The translations under genes and the position numbers were made by a program. From Octopus vulgaris (taxonomy: Eukaryota), in the NCBI GenBank assembly GCA_951406725.2, contig OX597840.1, positions 5,022,001-5,086,000 on the forward strand: a DNA stretch of 64,000 bases, written 5' to 3'. The notes beneath the pieces were generated by a model that ran no database searches, was not told where the DNA came from, and worked only from the letters and a program-made list of their open reading frames with translations. Below are positions 57,583 through 64,000 of this stretch, piece by piece. Each line of letters begins with the position of its first letter. Position 1 is the first letter of the stretch.

Positions 57583-58260
57583 TAAAATTATTGATAATAA
57601 TTTTAATATTTCATTGTGTGTTATGTTAATATAGTTTAGTTTAATTTAATTATTCTTGGGTGTATATTATTTTAGAATATTAGGTAATAGTTGTACAGTC
57701 ATCGCTGTACTTCATGTACTCTTGGACCTCTCTCTGATATACTTCAAAAATTGGTTTCTTCTTTCTCTCACTCATTTTTCTTCGTTTTCCATTTATGCAT
57801 GTTTGTTATAGCATTCACTTCAGTTTGTTTTAGTGTCCATGTGTCAACTGCTTGGTCAATTTCCTTTCTAACAGCATCTCTGTGGCCACTCTTCAGTCAG
57901 CTTAATTTATCGAAGCATCCATACACCAACTACTAGGTCATTGGAGCTTGTCACAGCATCAATGGGCCAACTGCTTGGTCAGCTGGGTTTGTTGCATTGT
58001 CTGTGTGTGAACTACAGGTCAGCTTAGTTTGTTACAGTAACAAACTTGGTTTATCACAGCATCCATCTGCCAACCACCAGGTCATCATGGTTTGTGACAT
58101 CGTCTATGTGGCCACTCCAAGGTCATCTTTGTTGCAGCATCTATGTGGTCACTCCAAGGTCATCTTTGTTGCAGCGTCTATGTGGCCACTCCAAGGTCAT
58201 CTTTGTTGCAGCATCTATGTGGTCACTCCGAGGTCAGCTCAGTTTCTCACAGCATCCATC

Positions 58261-60041
58261 TGCCAACTACTTGACCAGCTTGGTTTGTCATGGTGTCTTG
58301 TGCCAAGTACTTGACCAGCTTGGTTTGTCATAGTAAATTGTGCCAAGTACTTGACCAACTTGGTTTGTCATGATGTCTTGTGCCAAGTACTTGACCAGCT
58401 TGGTTTGTCATGGTGTCTTGTGTCAACTACTTGACCAGCTTGGTTTGTCATGGTGTCTTGTGCCAAGTACTTGACCAACTTGGTTTGTCATGGTGACTTG
58501 TGCCAAGTACTTGACCAGCTTGGTTTGTCATGGTGACTTGTGCCAAGTACTTGACCAGCTTGGTTTGTCATGGTGACTTGTGCCAAGTACTTGACCAGCT
58601 TGGTTTGTCATGGTGTCTTGTGCCAACTACTTGACCAGCTTGGTTTGTCATGGTGACTTGTGCCAAGTACTTGACCAGCTTGGTTTGTCATGGTGTCTTG
58701 TGCCAAGTACTTGACCAGCTTGGTTTGTCATGGTGTCTTGTGCCAACTACTTGACCAGCTTGGTTTGTCATGGTGTCTTATGCCAAGTACTTGACTAGCT
58801 TGGTTTGTCATGGTGTCTTGTGCCAAGTACTTGACCAGCTTGGTTTGTCATGGTGTCTTGTGCCAAGTACTTGACCAGCTTGGTTTGTCATGGTGTCTTA
58901 TGCCAAGTACTTGACCAGCTTGGTTTGTCATGGTGTCTTGTGCCAAGTACTTGACCAGCTTGGTTTGTCATGGTGTCTTGTGCCAAGTACTTGACCAGCT
59001 TGGTTTGTCATGGTGTCTTGTGCCAAGTACTTGACCAGCTTGGTTTGTCATGGTGTCTTGTGCCAACTACTTGACCAGCTTGGTTTGTCATGGTGTCTTG
59101 TGCCAAGTACTTGACCAGCTTGGTTTGTCATGGTGTCTTGTGCCAACTACTTGACCAACTTGGTTTGTCATGGTGACTTGTGCCAAGTACTTGACCAGCT
59201 TGGTTTGTCATGGTGTCTTGTGCCAAGTACTTGACCAACTTGGTTTGTCATGGTGACTTGTGCCAAGCACTTGACCAACTTGGTTTGTCATGGTGACTTG
59301 TGCCAACTACTTGATCAGCTTGGTTTGTCATGGTGTCTTGTGCCAACTACTTGACCAACTTGGTTTGTCATGGTGACTTGTGCCAAGTACTTGACCAGCT
59401 AGGTTTGTCATGGTGTCTTGTGCCAAGTACTTGACCAGCTTGGTTTGTCATGGTGTCTTGAGCCAAGTACTTGACCAGCTTGGTTTGTCATGGTGTCTTG
59501 TGCCAAGTACTTGACCAGCTTGGTTTGTCATGGTGTCTTGAGCCAAGTACTTGACCAGCTTGGTTTGTCATGGTGTCTTGTGTCAACTACTTGACCAGCT
59601 TGGTTTGTCATGGTGTCTTGTGCCAAGTACTTGACCAGCTTGGTTTGTCATGGTGTCTTGTGCCAAGTACTTGACCAACTTGGTTTGTCATGGTGACTTG
59701 TGCCAAGTACTTGACCAGCTTGGTTTGTCATGGTGACTTGTGCCAAGTACTTGACCAGCTTGGTTTGTCATGGTGTCTTGTGCCAAGTACTTGACCAGTT
59801 TGGTTTGTCATGGTGTCTTGTGCCAAGTACTTGACCAGTTTGGTTTGTCATGGTGTCTTGTGCCAACTACTTGACCAGCTTGGTTTGTCATGGTGTCTTG
59901 AGCCAAGTACTTGACCAGTTTGGTTTGCCATGGTGTCTTGTGCCAAGTACTTGACCAGCTTGGTTTGTCATGGTGTCCTTATGCCAAGTACTTGACCAGC
60001 TTGGTTTGCCATGGTGTCTTGTGCCTAGTACTTGACCAGCT
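58261..60041. repeat. 40-bp minisatellite, about 44 copies
   Basis: Unit TGCCAAGTACTTGACCAGCTTGGTTTGTCATGGTGTCTTG, head to tail with no spacers. Confidence 0.97.
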
Positions 60042-60452
60042 AAGAATCAAATGTTGCAAAAGAATAACGATAATGAGACACCTGTCAAAGACAGGTGAGA
60101 AGAGCTGAATATGGTTATGGACAAAAAGAAAGGATGGATGGAACTGAAAAGGAATAGAGCAAGCCACTAAACATAGGAGGAAAGGAACCTAGTTTGGAAC
60201 AGCAAAAAGTCATATTGTTTGAGTGGCTGAGCAATAAGCTCGTCCCCAAAATTTCAGGTTCAATCCCCACTGAAGGTGGCATTTATGTATTAATAGTAGA
60301 AGGACATCTGGGAGTTACTATATGGGTGAGCCTGGTTCCCTTAGAGCATCAGGAACTAACAGGTCAAACATTTTGCTTCGCAGGAGTTCTTCCTTTGAAG
60401 ATTGAGACTTCTGCTGTCCACTTGCCTTGTGGTGAGTTTCCACTCTCTTCCT

Positions 60453-60497
<45 letters not shown>

Positions 60498-60643
60498 TAA
60501 AATAAGCAACAAGGATATCCAGAGGTAATGTTGCATATTTTGATTATAATCACCTTATTTTAAATTATATGGATAATACCATACTAAATTCTGGTGCCTT
60601 CAACGTAAGTACCATATTCATCTGAATCTAAATTTTAACTCAA

Positions 60644-60678
<35 letters not shown>

Positions 60679-61061
60679 GGCGTTAATCCAGCCGTAGAAT
60701 CACTGCCAGATTAAACTGGGCCTGGTGCAGCCTTCTGGCTTCCCAGACCCCAGTTGACCCGTCCAACCCATGCTAGCATGGAAAGCGGACACTAAACGAT
60801 GATGATGATGATGATGATATATATACACATATATACTCTTTACTCTTTTATTTGTTTCAGTCATTTGACTGTGGCCATGCTGGACCACCGCTTTTAGTCG
60901 AGCACATCGACCCCAGGACTTATTCTTTGTAAGCCTAGTACTAATTCTATCACTCTCTTTTGCCGAACCGCTAAGTTATAGGGATGTAAACACACCAGCT
61001 TCGATTGTCAAGTGATGCTGGTGGGGAGGGACAAAAACAGACACACAAACATATACACCCC

Positions 61062-61093
<32 letters not shown>

Positions 61094-61329
61094 TACATAT
61101 ACATACATACATAAATACGATGGGCTTCTTTCAGTTTTTTGTCTACCAAATCCACCCACAAGGCTTTGGTCAGCCTGGGGCCAAAAAACTGCAGTAACAG
61201 AGACAGCTGGCAAGGCGTGGCTGTGTGGTAATGAGTCTGCTTCCCAACCACATGGTTCCAGGTTCAGTCTTACTGCATGGCAACATAGACAAGTGTCTTC
61301 CACTCTAGCCTTGGGCTGACCAAAGCCTT

Positions 61330-62326
61330 GTGGTGGCCAGATAAGATGTTCAACTTCACTAGAATGTTCTTCATGCCATTCAGTAACAACTTTAGCTGTG
61401 TGAATTGGTGTATTATCATCCTGAAAGATTGTGTTTCCCTCCGGAAACAGTTCTGCAACCATAGGATGAATTTGATCAGATAAAATGCCTAAATAGTCTT
61501 GACTATTAATTCTGCCATGAAGGGAAGCCATTGGGTCAGCAGATTTTCAAGATATAGCTCTCCTAGATCATCACAGATCTTCCTCCATGTTTAACAGTTG
61601 GAAGAAGGTAGTCTGTGTCAAATGCTTCTTTGGGCTGTTTCCACACACATACTTGGCCAGTGGTTGGAAATAAGGTACAGGGTGACTCATCCAAGAAAAT
61701 AACATTCTTCCACTGCTCTAGGGACCAATTCTGTAGGTTTTTACTCCAACTCTAAATGCTTTGCAACGTTTGTTTTTGAAAGTAGTGGTTTTCTGATTAC
61801 AGCCATCCTGTGAAATGCAGCTTTGTGCAGCTCCTGGTGAACAGTTTTTGTGGAAACTGGGTTCTCGAGGTGGTCATTAAGCTCTGCAGTAATTTTGGGA
61901 GCTGTACTTTTGTGATCCTTTGCAACAATTCGCATAAGAATCCGACAGTCCCTATCTGAAAGTTTTGGTTTTGTTTGGAGTTTTGTTTTGACAAAGTTTT
62001 TCCCTCTTTCCCAAAGGCTATCATTACTTTCGCAACAGTACTTCTTGATACACCAAACATCTCAGCTGTTTTCATTACGCTAGCGCCTGCCATATGAGCA
62101 CCAACAATTTGACTGCTTTGAAAGTCTGATAGATCTATCATTTTAATGAATTTTAATTACCTTTTTCTGATGATATCTGAAAAGAAACAGCAATTTTAGC
62201 AAAAGATATTAAGCAACACTAATAATAAATAAAAAAACATGAAAATAAGCTTTTGTGGGTTTTATAGATATTTCAAAATTATGATGCTATGATGCTAGGT
62301 GTTTCCATTATTTTGTCCAACCCCTG
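61330..62326 (-). mobile_element. Tc1-like transposon remnant, 3' end lost
   Basis: TA|CAGGGGTTGGACAAAATAATGGAAACACC TIR. Motifs DLSDFQ..QIVG, GVSRSTV, RKPLL, DES, PTVKHGG, FQDDN.PIH, WPPQ. Confidence 0.9.
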
Positions 62327-63009
62327 TACATATATATATGTGTCTGTGTGTGTGTGTTTATATATGTGTGTATATATGTGTGTGTGTGTATATATGTGTG
62401 TGTATATATGTGCATGTGTGTATATATATGTATGTATGTAAATGCATATATATAGAAAAAGTGAAAGGGGTACAGTTAACTTGGCGTGAGGAGTAGAATA
62501 TCCAATGTTTCAGATGCAATCCTTTGTCATGGGGTAGAGAAAAAGAGAAGTTGAAGAAAGACAGGCAGAGTTTTATATCCTCTCATATATATATCTGTGT
62601 GTGTGCGTGTGCGTGTATACATACATACTTACATACATACATACATATATATATATAATTTACAAATTTTGTAAATTATTTATAAATTTTAATTTGTAAA
62701 TTATTTATAAATTTAACCTTTAAAGGTATTTTTTGATATGCTGGCCATTGATAAAATTTTTTTCCCGAAAAAAATTTTATCCTCCTATTATTATATATAT
62801 ATATATACATACACACACACATATATATTACTATGAAGCATTGTTTATTGTATAAAGGATTGTGGGTAAGGCCTGAACAATGCGAAGTAAATGCAAGGCA
62901 AATCACAAGAAAACAAATATGTGAATTAATGTAGACTTACTTTGCATTCAATATTTCGGGGTTATGACCCCATTTTCAAGAAATTGATAAATGTTGCTAA
63001 TGTGCATGT

Positions 63010-63200
63010 GCTTAGCACTTCTTCACACAGCTGTCCTCACATGACCAAACTAGCACAGTCTTCTCTCTTGCACACAATACCTGATGCCTCTTATACCTTA
63101 AATCATTCACACTCTCTTGTGTTTGCGCACTGACACTACCCATCCAGCAGAGCATGCTGGCTTCATTTCTTTCAAGCTTTTGCAAGTCCTCTATAATCAA
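63010..63200 (-). mobile_element. Degenerate RTE LINE fragment
   Basis: EDLQKLERNEASML.W...DSCVKKC resembles the RTE C-terminal region. Confidence 0.6.
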
Positions 63201-63207
63201 ATTCTAT

Positions 63208-63598
63208 ACTCTCTTTTACTTGTTTCAGTCATTTGACTGCGGCCATGCTGGAGCACCGCCTTTTAGTCGAGCAAATCGACCCCAGGACTTATTCTTTGTA
63301 AGCCTAGTACTTATCCTATCGGTCTCTTTTTGCCGAACCGCCAAGTGACGGGGATGTAAACACACCAGCATCGGTTGTCAAGCAATGCTAGGGGGACAAA
63401 CACAGACACACACACACACACATATATATATATACATATATACGACAGGCTTCTTTCAGTTTCCGTCTACCAAATCCACCCACAAGGCATTGGTCGGCCC
63501 GGGGCTATAGCAGAAGACACTTGCCCAAGATGCCACGCAGTGGGACTGAACCCGGAACCATGTGGTTGGTTAGCAAGCTACTTACCACACAGCCACTC
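63208..63598 (-). mobile_element. SINE family A, full length
   Basis: As in the other copies. Confidence 0.9.
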
Positions 63599-63920
63599 CA
63601 TGCATGGAATTTCTACCAATGCCCTTCTAACATAGTGAGCAGGGTCATCTCCCTGAAAGGACCTATGCTTTTTTTATTTTCTGACTCACTAGGACTTTGC
63701 ATACATATATATATATGTATAACTTCTGCTTGCCCAGGAGGGATGTTGCTTTGTAGAATTTAATTTTGGGCTTCTCTTTCTTATAACCCTGGCTGACCAA
63801 GACTGTATTCCTACATCCAGTTTATATGCCTCCTGCCAGCAGGTTTGACAAGTCACTTAAATTGCTAAGAGCATTGTAGGTGTGAAACCAATGGTAACTC
63901 TGACTAACCATAATCAACTG

Positions 63921-64000
63921 GAGGCACATGGCCTAGAGATTAGAGCAGCGGACTCATGGTCGGGGGATCGTGGGTTCAAATCTCAGACGTGGCGATGTGT
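63921..64000 (+). mobile_element. SINE family D head, running off the window end
   Basis: GGAGGCACATGGCCTAG...GGTTCAAATCTCAGAC. Confidence 0.75.

Noticed and set aside
58261-60041. CRISPR-like array of 40-bp repeats
   Set aside because: Units are contiguous with no unique spacers, there are no cas genes, and the context is eukaryotic.

Overview
Repeat-dominated, AT-rich eukaryotic (metazoan) DNA. The dense simple-sequence repeats and the SINE families resemble octopus/cephalopod genomes; this is inference from pattern recognition, not a database match. Nearly all ORFs in the track are microsatellite artefacts. The recognisable protein remnants come from transposons: a Helitron Pif1-like helicase, two Penelope-like elements (RT and/or GIY-YIG), R4/Dong-like restriction-like endonuclease 3' ends in (AAT)n, two mariners, a Tc1, RTE and CR1 LINE ends. 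There are also several tRNA-derived SINE families, MITE/foldback palindromes and tandem arrays (14, 40, 98, 166 and ~183 bp units). Candidate host exons are a signal-peptide first exon on + (46638-46758) and a possible minus-strand prepropeptide-like gene (31860-31993 and 19235-19422). Most notable: hammerhead-ribozyme-like cores in several unrelated non-autonomous elements, two SINE tetramers with the same junction, (AAT)n-targeted retroelements, and a composite Helitron.
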